Positions 37,508-52,412 of a stretch of 64,000 bases of DNA are shown here, in pieces. Under the pieces are notes generated by a model. The model was not told where the DNA came from, searched no databases, and saw only the letters and a list, made by a program, of their open reading frames with translations. The stretch comes from Dictyostelium discoideum (lineage: Eukaryota): contig CM000154.2 of NCBI GenBank assembly GCA_000004695.1, positions 4,288,001 to 4,352,000 of the forward strand. Direction: 5' to 3'. The translations under genes and the position numbers were made by a program. Numbering within the stretch: position 1 is the stretch's first letter; every line of letters starts with the position of its first letter.

Positions 37508-38493
37508 GTTTAAAAAAATATTTTTTAGTTTGTAAAATAAAATTTTATTTTGAGTTTAATTACTTATTTATAATTTTTTTTTTTTTTTTTTTTATTTATT
37601 TCAAAATTAAAATAATTTTTTTTATTATTTATTTAATTATTTATTTTTAATTAAAATTATTTATTAATTATTAAAAAATATTTATTTAATTATTTAATTA
37701 TTTATTTATTAATCTATATTGAAAAATGATTTATAAATTTAAAATTTTTCATTTGTTTAAATAGTTTTTTTAATTTTTTTTGTTGTTATCATTTTTGTTT
37801 TAATTTTATTTTATAATTATTTTTATTTTTTTTATTATTTAATACTAGATAATTTTTTATTTGAAATTTCTAAAATAATTATTATTTAATCTGTGTTGGG
37901 CATAAACCAAAAAAGAAATAATTTTTTTTTATTCAACATCAATTGATCAATACCCTTCACATACATATTTTAGATACCCCAACAATAAAACAACTATAAA
38001 ATTATCCAAACAAACAAAAAAAAAAAAAAAAAAATAATATAAAATAAAAAAAAAAAAAAAAAAAAAAATTCCCACCTCACTCGCAAAGCCATTATGGCTT
38101 CCCACTCTACATTTAACAAATCAATCCACACACTCACACATACACACACACCCACTCACACACCCACTCACACCCACTCACACATTTATATATTTATTTA
38201 TATGTATAAAAATTAACACAATCACACTCAAACCCACATAACACAAATATTTCCCACTCACTCTTATTGAAAATAAATCTTATTTTTTTTACATAATAAA
38301 CTATTATTATTGTTATTATTTTATTTTATTTTATTATTTTTATTTTAATGTAACTACTTTTTTTTTTTTTTATTTTTTTTTTTATTTTTTTTTTTTTTTA
38401 TTATTTTTTTTTTTTTACAGAGCACCAACTGTATTGTGTACCACGACAAACTTAATCTTTAACAGTTATACAATAAAAAATTAGTTCCCTTAA

Positions 38494-38524
<31 letters not shown>

Positions 38525-39166
38525 ATGTTGTTGTTAATGAAATTGATGTTGATAATTACACCTTTTGTTGTTTACCATCAGTTAAAGATCAACTAGATTA
38601 GATTTTATATTTTTTTTTTTTATTTTTTTTATTTATTTATTTATTTTAAATTATTTTTTATTATTTTTCCATTCCTTTAAAAGATTTTTTTCATGCATCT
38701 GTGATAAGAAAAAATTATATAAAAATAATAAAAGAGATAAATCTTAACCTCGAGGCAATCACCACTAATTATTAACTAATTTAATTGTTAATTATTATTA
38801 TTATTATTGTTTTTTGTAATGTGTCCAATATTATTGAAGCATCATATAATATTTTTTTTATTATAAATAAATTTAGAAAAATGTGAAAATATTGTTCAAT
38901 TAAAAAAAAAAAAATAAATACTATTTTTTTATATTATAAAAGTTATTGAAATTGATCACTCACATACTAACTCTCTCTCACTCTCTAAATCACTAACACT
39001 CACTAAATCACACACACTCATTACACCAAACTAAATTATAATAAAATGTATTAAGTTATATCACAATTTATCTTACTTTGATTGGAATTTGTGTGGTGTT
39101 TTTATTATTATTATTATTTTTTTTTGGATATTTCTTGCAAATAAAAGAAAATCTATTACTAACAAT

Positions 39167-39206
<40 letters not shown>

Positions 39207-39296
39207 AACAGGATTGAAACATACCAATAGACGAAAAACAAAAGATAAGGATAGACAGATAATAGATCTTATTGACTGATGGTAAACAGATCAACC

Positions 39297-39348
<52 letters not shown>

Positions 39349-39796
39349 ATAATAAAGATTCAGCAATCATCGATAAGGCTCTTTTTTGATTGACTCCTTT
39401 AAACTTTTTTACATTTTATTACCTTTTTTATTATTATTTTTCAAATTTTTTTTTTTTTTTTAATATTATTCTTTTAAAATTATTATTTTTAAACAGAACA
39501 TGGAACAAAAAAACAGAATAAAATTATTTTAAAATAATAATAATAAATAAATTATTTTAAAACTAATAATTATTTTAAGTATAAACAAGAATTAGTTTTT
39601 ATTTTTTTATTTTTCTTTTATTTTCTTTTTATTTTTTTATTTTTTTTATTTTTTTTTTTTTTATTTATTTATTTTTTTTATTTTTATTTTTATTTTTTTT
39701 TTTTTTTTCTAAAAATATATTTTTTTATTTATTTATTTATTTATTTTTATTAATATTATTATTTTTTATTATTATTTATTTATTTTTATTTATTTA

Positions 39797-40937
39797 TTAA
39801 AAATCTTCAGTTAAAAGATAAATTGAAAAATCTGATTGAAGATTAAAGAATTTTGGTTTTGGATTAAAAATTAAATCAACACAACCATCATTAAATTGAT
39901 TGAAAGGTTTAGTGACAAAAGAACCATTAGAGAATAAAGTTGGAGGTTTTAATTCAAATTCATTAATCGAAAGGTAATCTAAGGATTGTAAGATGACAGC
40001 AACTTCTTTTAACATTGCAGGAGAATATCTTTGAAGTCTATGAGTGATTTTCTCTAAAGTTGAACCTGGGTATAAATTTACATTTGTTAGGAAATCGAAA
40101 AACATCTTATTGAATTGACTTCTATTAACTTTACCAAAAACATCAATCCAAGGTTTAATCAATTTCTTTTGTTTATAACTTAAATCAACAAATGGTTTAA
40201 GTTGTTGTTGGTTTTGTTGTTGTTGTTGTTGTTCAACATCAGTTTGATTATTATTATTATTATCAACATCATTTAAATTATTATCTTTGAGATATTGTTG
40301 ATGTAAAGTATAAAATATAGGTATTAAAGAGTCCATGAAAAATTCTTTTGCGACATAAATTTTATGGTGGAATGTGAAATGAGTATCAACAATACCTAAT
40401 GATTTTAATTCTAAAATATAGTTTAATAAATTTTGATAAATATATTGTGAATGATCAATGATATATTCCTCTTCTTTTTGTTCTTGACTATTATTAATTT
40501 TTTGTTCATCATCAATATTATTATTATCAACATCGCCATCTTGATTATTTGATTGATTTAACTTTATTATTAATTTACTAGAATCATCATAATGAATTAA
40601 TTTTTGAAGAATTTCATTAGAATCTGAATTTGAAATTAAATGATTAATGATTTCAATTCTCTTTGCACCATTAACATTTTTACTTTTGATAATTTTGAAA
40701 ACTTCTTGAACCATTAAACAAAACCAACCAATGAATTTACCAGTTCTATCTGAAATATCAATAATTTTTTCAATCTTTAATTTAAATAATTCTTTAAATT
40801 CTTCTGAAATGAATTTATTTTCAAATTCATTTAAAATTAATTCTTTATCATTCATTGTTGTAGTTGTAGTTGTAGTTGATTCATCTGTTTTTCTTCTTTT
40901 ACTATTTTCATTATCATCTTCTTTATCATTATCATCA

Positions 40938-40984
<47 letters not shown>

Positions 40985-43900
40985 TGATGATTTAAAGATT
41001 TCTTGGAATTTTAATTTTTCAGTTGATAATGGATCATTTATACCAATAACATCAGGATTAATTGCTCTTTTTCTTTCATTTTCAATATAGGAATAATCTA
41101 TATAATCTTGAAGTTTATAGGATACACCAATTTTATTAACAATAGATTCTAAACGTTGATTTGAAGCATCTCTAAGTTTTGGAGCTTTTTCAAGTTTTGG
41201 ATCAAATGTTGATTTAATTAAAATATTTGGTGAAACTTTGTTATTGGTTAAAAGGTATAACATTGAAGAGACAGATCCACCACTTGTTAATGGATCATAT
41301 TCGAATAATTGAACATCATCCTCATCACCATTGTTAGTGATACCAACTTTACTAAAAATTTGTTGTTTACTAGCAGCAGCAGCAGTATGATCATTTACAA
41401 TTGGATATTCTTTAATCATTGAAAGGAAAACACGATTTTCATCAAGGAATTCCCTATTGTAACTATTTACTTTGTAAAGAATCTTTTGAATACAAAAACC
41501 AATTGAACGTTCAGTTGATTTGGATTTAACATTCTTTATGATTTTATCATAATACAAACCATCCATAACTCTATTTGAATCCTTTTTACTTATTTGATCA
41601 TTTTGAGAACCAATCATTTTAATACTAAGATTGTAGGAATAATCATCTTCAGGCATTGAAATCAAGAAAAAGATTTTATCCTTCATCATTGATTCCGAAA
41701 CTGAATCGAATTTACTCTTTTCAAAGGTTTCTAAATTTGTATTCTTTGGTATACTTGTATTGAACATTGAATTGAATTCGAGGATAGTTGAGGGTAAATC
41801 TGCCATTTGATCACTTGATTTATGGAATGTTTTATAGGATGGATATTTCTTTACCAACAAGAACATTCTTCTATAACAAAGTGTACCATTTTTATCGATT
41901 TGTTCACCCAATTGGTCCCAAAGAGGATTCAACATTGATGGAATACCCGATGGTGTGATATAGTATTCACTATTGGTATGATTTTTAGCACCTTCTGGAA
42001 TTGTTTTAAAAAAGTTACCAAATACTTCAGTATAAGTTTTTAAAAGTACAGAATCTTCCAATGGACTCCATTTAAATCTACGATATGGTTGGAAATTTTT
42101 CTTAATTTGATCTCTTTTTTCTTTTGCAGATTTACTAAGTAAACTAATTGTTGTTTTTGGTCTAGTACCTCTTTTTCTAATACCTTTCTTTTTGAAAATT
42201 GAATCATCTTTACCATCTTCATCATTTTCATCATCACCACCGTTGTCACTATCGTCATCACTATCAGTACCACTTTCATCACCTTCATTCTTTTCACCAT
42301 TTGCTTTTCTTTTTCTTTTTTGTTCCAACTTTTCTTTTGCAACTTTTCTATAGAATGTTAAAACTTTGTAACCTGAAACATTGAAATCTCTAGCCAACTG
42401 TTTAATTTCCTCTTTTGAATGTGATTTTTTATCGGTGAAAATTTTATACAATTGTTGTTTAGTTGAATCGGTCAATTGATCCTTTGGTACACCCCATAAT
42501 AGGATATTATATAATGCTGGAATTTTATTACAAATGAAATCATCTGGTGGTGGTTGCGAACTGTTTCTATCTCTTGGTAACAATGAAAGGAATTGTAAAT
42601 CTGACCAATAAAGTTTCAATTGTTCAAATGAATTGAAATTGTATTTCTTTATTGAACCATTATCAAAGAGTAATTGAATATCTCTATGAAAAGTGTACTC
42701 TGTATAACCATAAGTAAAACCTTTTGAAATCAAACCCAATCTATTCAATAATGATACCATATCAGAGATCTTTGCAAAGAATTTACCCGATTGAAACAAT
42801 GAATTCTTTATTGGCTTTGGTAAATCAATAATTAATGTACCCTTTTTAATATGTTCATCCAATCCTGGTATCTCTATATTTTGTGAAACAATCTTTAAAT
42901 AATCATCAATTGGTAAATATTTTAATAATAAATTTAAAAATATTCTAGTTGATTCATTTAATACTTCTTTATATAATACCAATTGTAAATTACTTTCATC
43001 TTTAACTTCATTATTATTATTATTATTATTATCTGTTGCTGTTGTTGATGTTGTTGATGATGGTGATCCTTCTTTCATTTCAATATCATTACTTTTTGTT
43101 TTATTTTCAGTATTAACACCATTATTTCTATGTAAGGAACCATTTGTAAATTTAACAGCGAATGACCAAATGAATTGATGTAATAATTTAGAACGAATGA
43201 CTAAACCTTTAACGAAACCATATCTTGATGCAATTGATCTTGAACGAGCATGTACTGTAAATAATGGTTTTTCAATTGAATTCTTAATTACTAAATCTAA
43301 ACGTTGATTATCATCTTCATAAGCATCACGTACAAAATGGTTACCATTATCATCTTCATCACTATCATTATTATTATTATTATTATTATTATCATCTTCA
43401 TCATTATTATCATTATTATTGTTATTATTATTTTTTATTGATCTATTTCTATTTCTATTTTTTAAATAACTATATGGATTATTTTCATTATTTAAATTTT
43501 GATAACTACCAGATAAATTTGATTTTAATACTCTATTTGATGGAATATCTTTAATGGTTTCAATGATTTCCATGATTTCAACATCATCTAATCTATAATT
43601 TTGAGCATCATAAACAAAGAATATCTTTCTATGAGATCCTTTAAGTGATTGAGTGTATAATCTAATTAAACCAACCATTTTCTCAATGATTAATATGTCG
43701 ATAATTCTTTTCAAAGTTTTATTATCCATTGAAGTATCACCTATATTATGTTGATGTAATAACAATGTCCATAGGACACAACCACGTGCTTCCCTAATAC
43801 GATTATAAACTGATTCTTTACGTTGTGAAAACAAAACGGTTTGTGGCATTGATCTCTTTGCTGGTGTTGGTAATGATCCTTGAATCACTGTTGTTATAGT

Positions 43901-46132
43901 TGTATCATCATCTGATTCAACTAAAACTCTTTCCTCAACTTCTTTTTTAATATCATACTCTAGTTGTTTATTTTTTTTTCTTTTTTTTTTACTTTCTTGA
44001 GTAGAACTACCATCATCATTATTATTATTATTATTATTATTTTCTTGAGTATTATTATTATTATTATTATTAGCTTCTTGATTATCAACAACACCATTTT
44101 CAATTGCTTTTATTATTTCTTTATCATTATTAAGAATTTCATTATAAACTCTATTACTTTCAGATATTAAATCTTCATAATTTAAAAGACGACCATTAAA
44201 TCTTGAGATTGGTGTATTAATATCTCTATGTAATAAATTTGGATCTTCTTCAGTTGTTAGTTGATTATCTTTTGGTAACATATCAGCTGTATCTGCAAAG
44301 ATTCTATAGGTTAATTGTCTACCCACTGTTTCTGGTACAATTTTAACTCTATAGGAAATAATTAAAGTTTTAAGTACATGTGCAACGAATTTACGAGATA
44401 ATTCACCACATTTAATACAAATCTCTTTTGCTGTTATACCATCAGTATCTGCTTGTCTAATCATATTAAAAACCTGTTGATAAATTGGTTGTTCCATAAT
44501 TAATTTTGAAGATGATGATAAACCAACCAATGATAATTCTTCACCTTCATCCTCATCCTCATCATCCTCACCACCACCACCACCATTACCTTTACCAGGT
44601 GTATTCTTTGATTTCTTTGCACTTGTTGGTGTTGTTGGTTTCTTTGGTGTGCTTGAAGAATCACCATCTTCATCATCACCATTACCACCACCATTTTCAA
44701 CTAAATTCCAAAACTTTTCACCTAAACCAATCTCTAATTTAATTATGAGTGAATTACCTCTAGTTTCTTGTGAAATGAAATCATTTTCAAATAACCATTT
44801 CTTTACTCTTTTAAATGTTGTTGGTGAAATATTAAACTTCTTTTCAATATCTTTCATTGATAATATATGAGATGGTTCAATTTCTAAATATCTTAAAAAT
44901 GCTGCTTTAAAATAGAATTTTGGTTTAAATCCTTCCTTATCATCTAATGAAAAATATCTTGGTCTATAATATTTCTTTAAAAATAATCTACCAGTTGATA
45001 TCGCAATACCTGATGCACTCTGTGTACCCATAACTTCTACTTTTTCACTTTTTATAAATATATATATAAAAATTAGTAATTTTATTTTTATTTTATAATA
45101 ATAATAATAATAAAAAATAATAACTTACATAACTCCTTTTAAACATAAATCTTTAATTGGTGGAAATATACAACGTGGATCAATATTAAATTCTTGTGAA
45201 AGATCTCTAACGATTGAACCTTCAAATCTAGATTGTGAAACTCTTTCTAAAATTCTCCATTGAATTTGTGATATTTTATTTAATTGATCATATGGTATAC
45301 CAACTGCAAGTGATTGATTATAAGTATCTGCAACATAAACATATCTTTGAGAGATTTCTAAATATGGTGATTTATTAATTTGTTTGATATCATTATCATT
45401 AATTTCATTCTTATTTGTTTTATTATTATTAACATTATTGTTATTTTCATTATTTTCATTATTATTATTATTATCATTCTTCTTTGGAGTTAATATAGTA
45501 CTAATTGCACCACCAGCTACCCAATCTCTAACAGAGGTTCTAATAGGTGTTGAAGATTTAAAAATAATAACTTCTTTCTTTTTTGATCTATCACCATTTT
45601 CAAATTCATCTTGTTCATTGTAATCTTCATTATCACTAATATAACCACCATCTTCAATACTACCATTTCCTAAGAATTTTCTTGGTGTAAATTTCTTTGG
45701 AGTTGGTAATCTAGTTGGTGTTGCTTTAATTGGTGTTGATAGGTTAATAGTTTGTTGTGAAGATTGTTGTGATTGTTGTGTTTGTTGTTGTTGTTGTTGT
45801 TGTTGTGAAGATTGTTGTGGTTGTTGTTGTGAAGATAGAATTTCATCATCATCACCCATTTCAACATCTTGGGTTTGTTGTTGTGATTGTTGTTGTTGTT
45901 GTTTTTGTTGTTCATTTTCAGGTTTATATAATGGATTTTCCTTTAATTTAATTGATTTATGATTTAATAATAACCTATGAATATATCTCTTTGTTTGTTC
46001 TGTTAATTTAATTTTTGTACCATTTGAGAGTTCTGTATCGTTTAAATGATACCATAAATCCTCAGATGTGCATCCAAATGAACAATTGGTGGCAATTTCT
46101 CTTAATGCCTTGGCCAATATTTCATCTAACAT
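39797..46132 (-). CDS. General transcription factor IIIC B-block-binding subunit (TFC3/GTF3C1-like), about 2084 aa. Exons are 45129-46132 and 39797-45047, with an intron at 45048-45128.
   Basis: The N-terminal B-block-binding winged-helix region (LDEILAKALREIATNCSFGCTSEDLWYHL) and the overall size match GTF3C1. ORFs 45125-46132 and 39797-45031 are joined by a GTAAGT donor at 45128 and an aaaaAG acceptor at 45049-45048, phase 2, which recreates ATT. Confidence 0.7.
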
Positions 46133-46386
46133 TTCTTTTTATTTTATATTGTATTCATACATAAAAATAAATATATGAATATTATTATTATTATTACTCT
46201 TATTATTATTATTATTGTTATTAAAAATAAAAAATAAAAATTTTAAAAATTTTAAAGTATTATATAATATATTTATATTGTGAGTTTTAAATGTAAAAAT
46301 AGTGTTTATCCAAAACAAATAAATAAATAAATAAATAAAAGTCGAGACTGAAAGGTGTGAAAAATAAAAAAAAATAAAAAAAATAA

Positions 46387-46425
<39 letters not shown>

Positions 46426-46749
46426 TTTTTTGACAAAATTTTCAAAAAATTTCCCGCTAAAAAAAAAAAAAAAATATTCCATATCGAGAAATTAAAATTA
46501 ATATTTTAGATTAATAAAAATAGTGATAGTTTTGGTAATTGAAATTCAAACAAAAATAATCAAAACAATAATAAAATAAAAATTTAGTTTTTTTATAAAA
46601 ACTTTTAATTGAAATTTTATGGATATGGACCAAGTCCTAGTAAAAAATAATAATAATTATAGTAATAGTAATAATAGTAAATAATAATAATAATAATATC
46701 AATAACAGTAAAAAATTATATGTTATATGAAATATGAATCTCATATGTT

Positions 46750-46780
<31 letters not shown>

Positions 46781-47159
46781 GATAGTCACAACCTTAAAAA
46801 AAAATTAATTTAAAAAAAAAAAAAAGAAAAAAAAAAAAAAAGGGAAAAAAATTTTTTTTTTAATGAATTGGAATAATAACCCCAATGGGCTATTAAATTT
46901 AAAACATTACAATCTCAACAAAATCAAACCCCCAAGAAGGGTAAAAAAAAAACATTTTTGGGTGGGTAAAAAAAAAAAAATTTATTTTAATCTTTTTTAA
47001 ATCTCTTTTTAATAAAAAAAAAAACATTATAATTAAAAAAATTAAAATTGTAATTTGCCAAACTGTTTTTTTTTTTTTACCCACCCAAACCCTTTAAATT
47101 ATATGAACATCATTGGAGAATCAATCTTTATTTTATTTTATTTATTTTTTATTTTATTT

Positions 47160-47192
<33 letters not shown>

Positions 47193-47291
47193 TTAAAATT
47201 TTTTTTTTTTTTTTTTTTTTCTTAATTAAAATATAAATTTTTTAAAACAAAGTTATAATAATAATAAAAATAAAAATAAATTTATTTAAAA

Positions 47292-47824
47292 ATGCCATTA
47301 AAATTAGATAATGAATCAGAGTTACGTGAAGCTCAAGCCGCTTTATTCAATATAAATTCTACCGGTGGTTGGGTTATGTTGAATTATGTCGGTCCTTCAA
47401 CTGTTCATTTCGCTGCTGGTAAGTTGTTTTAAAAATGATATTTATTTCTTTTTTTTAATAAATTATTATATTAATATATGTGTTTTTTATTTAAAAAAAA
47501 AAAAAAAAAAAAATAGGCGGAGAAAATTTTGAAGAAATTGTTAATCTTCTTGAGGATGATCAAATCCAATATGGTGTTCTTAGAATTGGTAATATTGAAG
47601 AGAAAGGTACTTTGAAAACCACAGTTAGAGATGTTTTCTTTTGTTGGATTGGTCCAGGTGTTGGAATCATCGAAAAAGGTAAAAAGACCGCTTTTTTAGG
47701 TGATGCTCAACAGTTACTTCAACCATACCATGCTGATATCACAGTACTTAATAAAAAAAATTTTAACCGTGAAAATATCCTTGACAGATCTCATCCATTA
47801 TCTGGTAGTCATGTTATTGATTAA
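47292..47824 (+). CDS. Coactosin-like ADF-H domain protein, about 144 aa. Exons are 47292-47418 and 47517-47824.
   Basis: A GTAAGT donor at 47419 and an aaatAG acceptor at 47515-47516 (phase 1) restore GGC. ADF-H signatures are present: W-x-L-x-Y, DDQIQYGVLRI, VFFCWIGPGVG. The protein aligns along its whole length with coactosin-like proteins. Confidence 0.75.
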
Positions 47825-47912
47825 TATTCACTCAATTGATTTTAATTTTTTTAAAATTATCATCTATACATTTTATATAAATATAAATATAAAATAAAAC
47901 ATAAATTATAAC

Positions 47913-47958
<46 letters not shown>

Positions 47959-48309
47959 AGAATAATAATAAAAATAATGAAAATCCTGACAGTAAAAAAA
48001 AAAAAAATACCAAATAAATCCAAAACCTAGATGATTGCTAAAAATAACAATATAAAAAAAAAAACCAATAAAAAAAAATCACTCCCCCCCCAACCCACAA
48101 TATTCACTAATTCTAAACCGTTTTAAATTATAGGAATATTAAAAAAAAGTTTATTTTTAATAATTATTATATTTTTATTTTTTATTTTTATTTTTTTTTT
48201 TTGCTACTTAAATGAATTTTTTTTTTTTTTTATTGGTTTTTTAAAAAAAAAATAAAAAAAATTATAATTAATTCCAAGTTATAATTATATAAATAATAAT
48301 AAATTTAAA

Positions 48310-48884
<575 letters not shown>

Positions 48885-49315
48885 ATTAATTGTTTTGATT
48901 TTATTGGAAATTAAAAATTATATTTTACTCTGGTTAATTATTAAAATACCTTTTTTTGTATAAAACTATAAAAAAATTATAAAAAATAAAAAAATAAAAA
49001 AAATAAATAAAAAATAAAAAAAAAAAAAAAATCTATTCCCTAAATTGGTGGTTTAAAAATTAAAATAAAAACAATAGTAAATTAAAATAAAAAATAAAAA
49101 AAAAAAAAAAAAAAATTCCCCACACCCCACAATGAGAAAAAAATTGAAATATTTGTTAATTTTTGGAAAAACAAAAAACAAAAAATAAAAAAAAAAATAA
49201 AAATAAAAATAAAAAAAAAAAAACAATAATATAAAACCAAAAAAAAATAAAAAAGTTGTTATTAATAATTAAATTTTATTATTCTTATAAATAAATAAAT
49301 AAATAAATAAATAAG

Positions 49316-49346
<31 letters not shown>

Positions 49347-49347
49347 A

Positions 49348-50125
49348 ATGTTGAAATCCAGTTTAATTAATATGATACTAAAAATTAATAATAAAAAAAA
49401 AATAATTTCACAAGTTCCAAATATAATTCCTCAACTACCATTAAATATTTTTAAAGGTCAAAATATAAACTATACAACAAATAATAAATGGGTAAATTTA
49501 ATAATAAAAAAAAAAAAAAAAAAAAAAAAAAGAAAATTTATTTATATTTTTTATTTTTTCTTTTTAATTTTTTATTTTTTAGGATAAAAAATTATCAGTA
49601 CCAAATTCAATAGAAGTAATTAGAATTAATAATAATGCAATAGGTGAAAGTCTTCATACTAAATTAAAGTCATATAAGGATACACAAGTTGGTGCGATTA
49701 TTGAGGAGAAAATTAGAAATAACTTGGGACGTATGGTTAAAGTTGGAGAGAATGAAACTGTTTATAATGCAATCAAAGTTATGAATGATAAAAAAGTTGG
49801 TGCAACAATTGTAGTTGATAGAAATAATCGTATGTGTGGTATTTTCTCTGAACGTGATTATCTTAGTAAAGTTGATCTTAGAGGTTTATCACCAAAGGAA
49901 ACATTGGTAAAAGATGTATGTACTAAACAAATCATAACAGTTTCAAGTGATAGTGGTGCAACCAAATGTTTATCCATAATGTCAAAACGTAACATTCGTC
50001 ATTTACCTGTAATTGAAAATAAACGTTTACTTGGTATGCTTTCAATTGGTGATATTGTAAAATATATCATTTCTTCTCAAAGTATTGAAATTAATGAATT
50101 AAAATCTGATATTGATAAAGAATAA
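49348..50125 (+). CDS. CBS-pair domain protein with a mitochondrial-presequence-like N-terminus, about 228 aa. Exons are 49348-49491 and 49583-50125.
   Basis: A GTAAAT donor at 49492 and a ttttAG acceptor at 49581-49582 (phase 0) join ORF 49348-49587 to 49724-50125. There are two CBS motifs: VGATIVVD...CGIFSERD and IRHLPVIEN...LLGMLSIGDIV. Confidence 0.75.
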
Positions 50126-50208
50126 AATCAAAATTTAAAATTTAAAATTTAAAAATAAAAATAAAAAAAAAATAAAGTTAAAAAATAAAATATATGTGTA
50201 TATAAATA

Positions 50209-50247
<39 letters not shown>

Positions 50248-50474
50248 CTATACCCCTTTGAAATTTTCCCAACTTAACTTATTATGTAAAATTTTATTTT
50301 TTTTTTATTTTCATTTTTTTTTTTTTTTTATAAATTTACTTATTTATACATTTATTTATTTTTACCCTTAAAAATTTCAACAATTAACTTAACTTATCAA
50401 ATAAAATTTTATTTTTATTTTTTTATTTTTATTTTTTTTTAAAAATGAAAAAAAAAAATATTTTTTTATTTTTT

Positions 50475-50510
<36 letters not shown>

Positions 50511-50557
50511 CCTCCTACCTAACAGTACAATTACAACTATAATATTAAATAAATAAA

Positions 50558-50717
50558 ATGTTAAGATCAACTGATTTTTGGAAAGATGAAGGTGAAACCA
50601 GTTTAATGTTACAAGAAAAAGGTTTCATTAAATCAGAAGGTATTGAAAATGTACAGTAATAAAAAAAACAAATACAAATTTTTAAAACAAATATAACTAT
50701 AATATCAAATGTTAACA

Positions 50718-50750
<33 letters not shown>

Positions 50751-51997
50751 CTCCTATCAAATTAATTAAATGAAATAATAATAATAATAATAATAATAGA
50801 TTTTTGAAAGAACATCAAAATGGTTTGAATTAGTTGGTTTAAAGAAAGAAGAAATTAAAATCGTTGAGTTTTCAACTGACGAACCAGAACGTATCTTTGT
50901 ATTAGATGCTGAAAGAACTTTCTCAAATGATATTAACAAAAAGAAATTAGTTAAAATTTTAACCCACTTAAAAAAAGAGTAAGATTAAACTATTATTATT
51001 ATTATTATTACTACTATATATCACTCTCTTCCTCAGTTATTAATAATAAAATTTATTATTATTATTTTTTATATATAGATTTGGAGATTATCAACAAGGT
51101 TTATCATTTGTTGCAAGTTTCTTAATGTTAACAATGGATGAAAGTGAAAATGTTGCATTAATGACTAAAATTAATTCAATGTTACCAGGTTATTGGAAAC
51201 ATGAAGCAATTGACTTTGGTACAAGTGCTTTCACTTTATATCATATCTTACAACAAACTCATCCATCTGTAAATTTATAAAATTATTATTAATTATTATT
51301 AAAATATAGATATAGATATTAATTAATATTTTTTTATTTTTTTTAGATTACAAAACATTTAGAAAATAATTGTATTGATGCAGGTACATTTTGTCAAAAA
51401 TGGTTTTTAGGTTTATGTGTTCATTTATTACCATTTAGATATTTATTCCAATTTTTTGAAAAGTTTTTAGTTGGTGGTGTTGAATATTTATACAAGTTTT
51501 CATTGGCATTGTTTACAGTATTAGAAAAGAGAATTTTAGATGCAAAGAATCCACAAGTGATCTTTGCAATTTTACGTTTGGATGAAAGTGAAATCAAAGA
51601 TGAAGAGATTTTCCAACAAATTCTCGATAAATCTGATACTATCGATATTTCTACCTTTGATTTAAAGGAGATCAGTAAGGATGTCTATGAACGTAACTTA
51701 AAGAAACGTATTGAAAGTGCTCATAAGGTTCATGCCAATGTCGAAGAGATTGAAGATTGTCAATGGTGTCTTGATAATTTCCCAGAGTTTTATTGTTTAG
51801 AGTGTAAACAACTCGTTTGTCAAGATTGTTTAGATGATACTCCAACCGGTCCAAATGAAACTCATCAAGAAGATTCTCATACTCTTATCTCTATGGAAGA
51901 GTATGAAAATGATAGAGATAAATATAAACAACCAAAATCAACCACTACAACTACTGTTGAAAAATTAACAAAAGATTTAGAAGACTTAAAAGTTTAA
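50558..51997 (+). CDS. TBC-domain Rab GTPase-activating protein with a C-terminal B-box-like zinc finger, about 370 aa. Exons are 50558-50650, 50800-50978, 51079-51268 and 51347-51997.
   Basis: TBC arginine finger (IFVLDAERTF) and glutamine finger (GDYQQGLSFVASFLML). C-terminal cluster CQWCLDNFPEFYCLECKQLVCQDCLDD. Splice sites are GTACAG/aatAG (phase 0), GTAAGA/atAG (phase 2) and GTAAAT/tttAG (phase 0). All junctions are in frame with ORF 51503-51997. Confidence 0.65.
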
Positions 51998-52380
51998 ATA
52001 AATAATAATAATTAAATAAAAATAAAAATAAAAAAAATAAAAATAAAAATAAAAATAAATAAAAATAAATAATTTTTAAATTTATTTATTTATTTATTTG
52101 TTTTTATTTATATAAATAAAAAAAAAAAAATTTACAAATTAAGAAATTTATAAATATCTTTTAAGAATACTTGTGAAAAATTAAAAAATAAAAAATAAAA
52201 TAAAAAAAAAATAAAAAATAAAAAATAAAAATAAAAATAAAACATAAAAATAGAATTTTGATTGGTTAGGGAAAAAAAATAAAAAAAAAAAATAAAAAAA
52301 AATAAATTAAAATGAAAAATAAAAAAAAAAAAAAAAAATTTTTAAAAATGAAAATAGATGTAATTTAATTAAACACAAAA

Positions 52381-52412
<32 letters not shown>

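Noticed and set aside
50545-50760. Minus-strand ORF 50545-50760 overlapping TBC exon 1.
   Set aside because: It ends in poly-Lys from a T-run and overlaps a supported plus-strand exon and intron.
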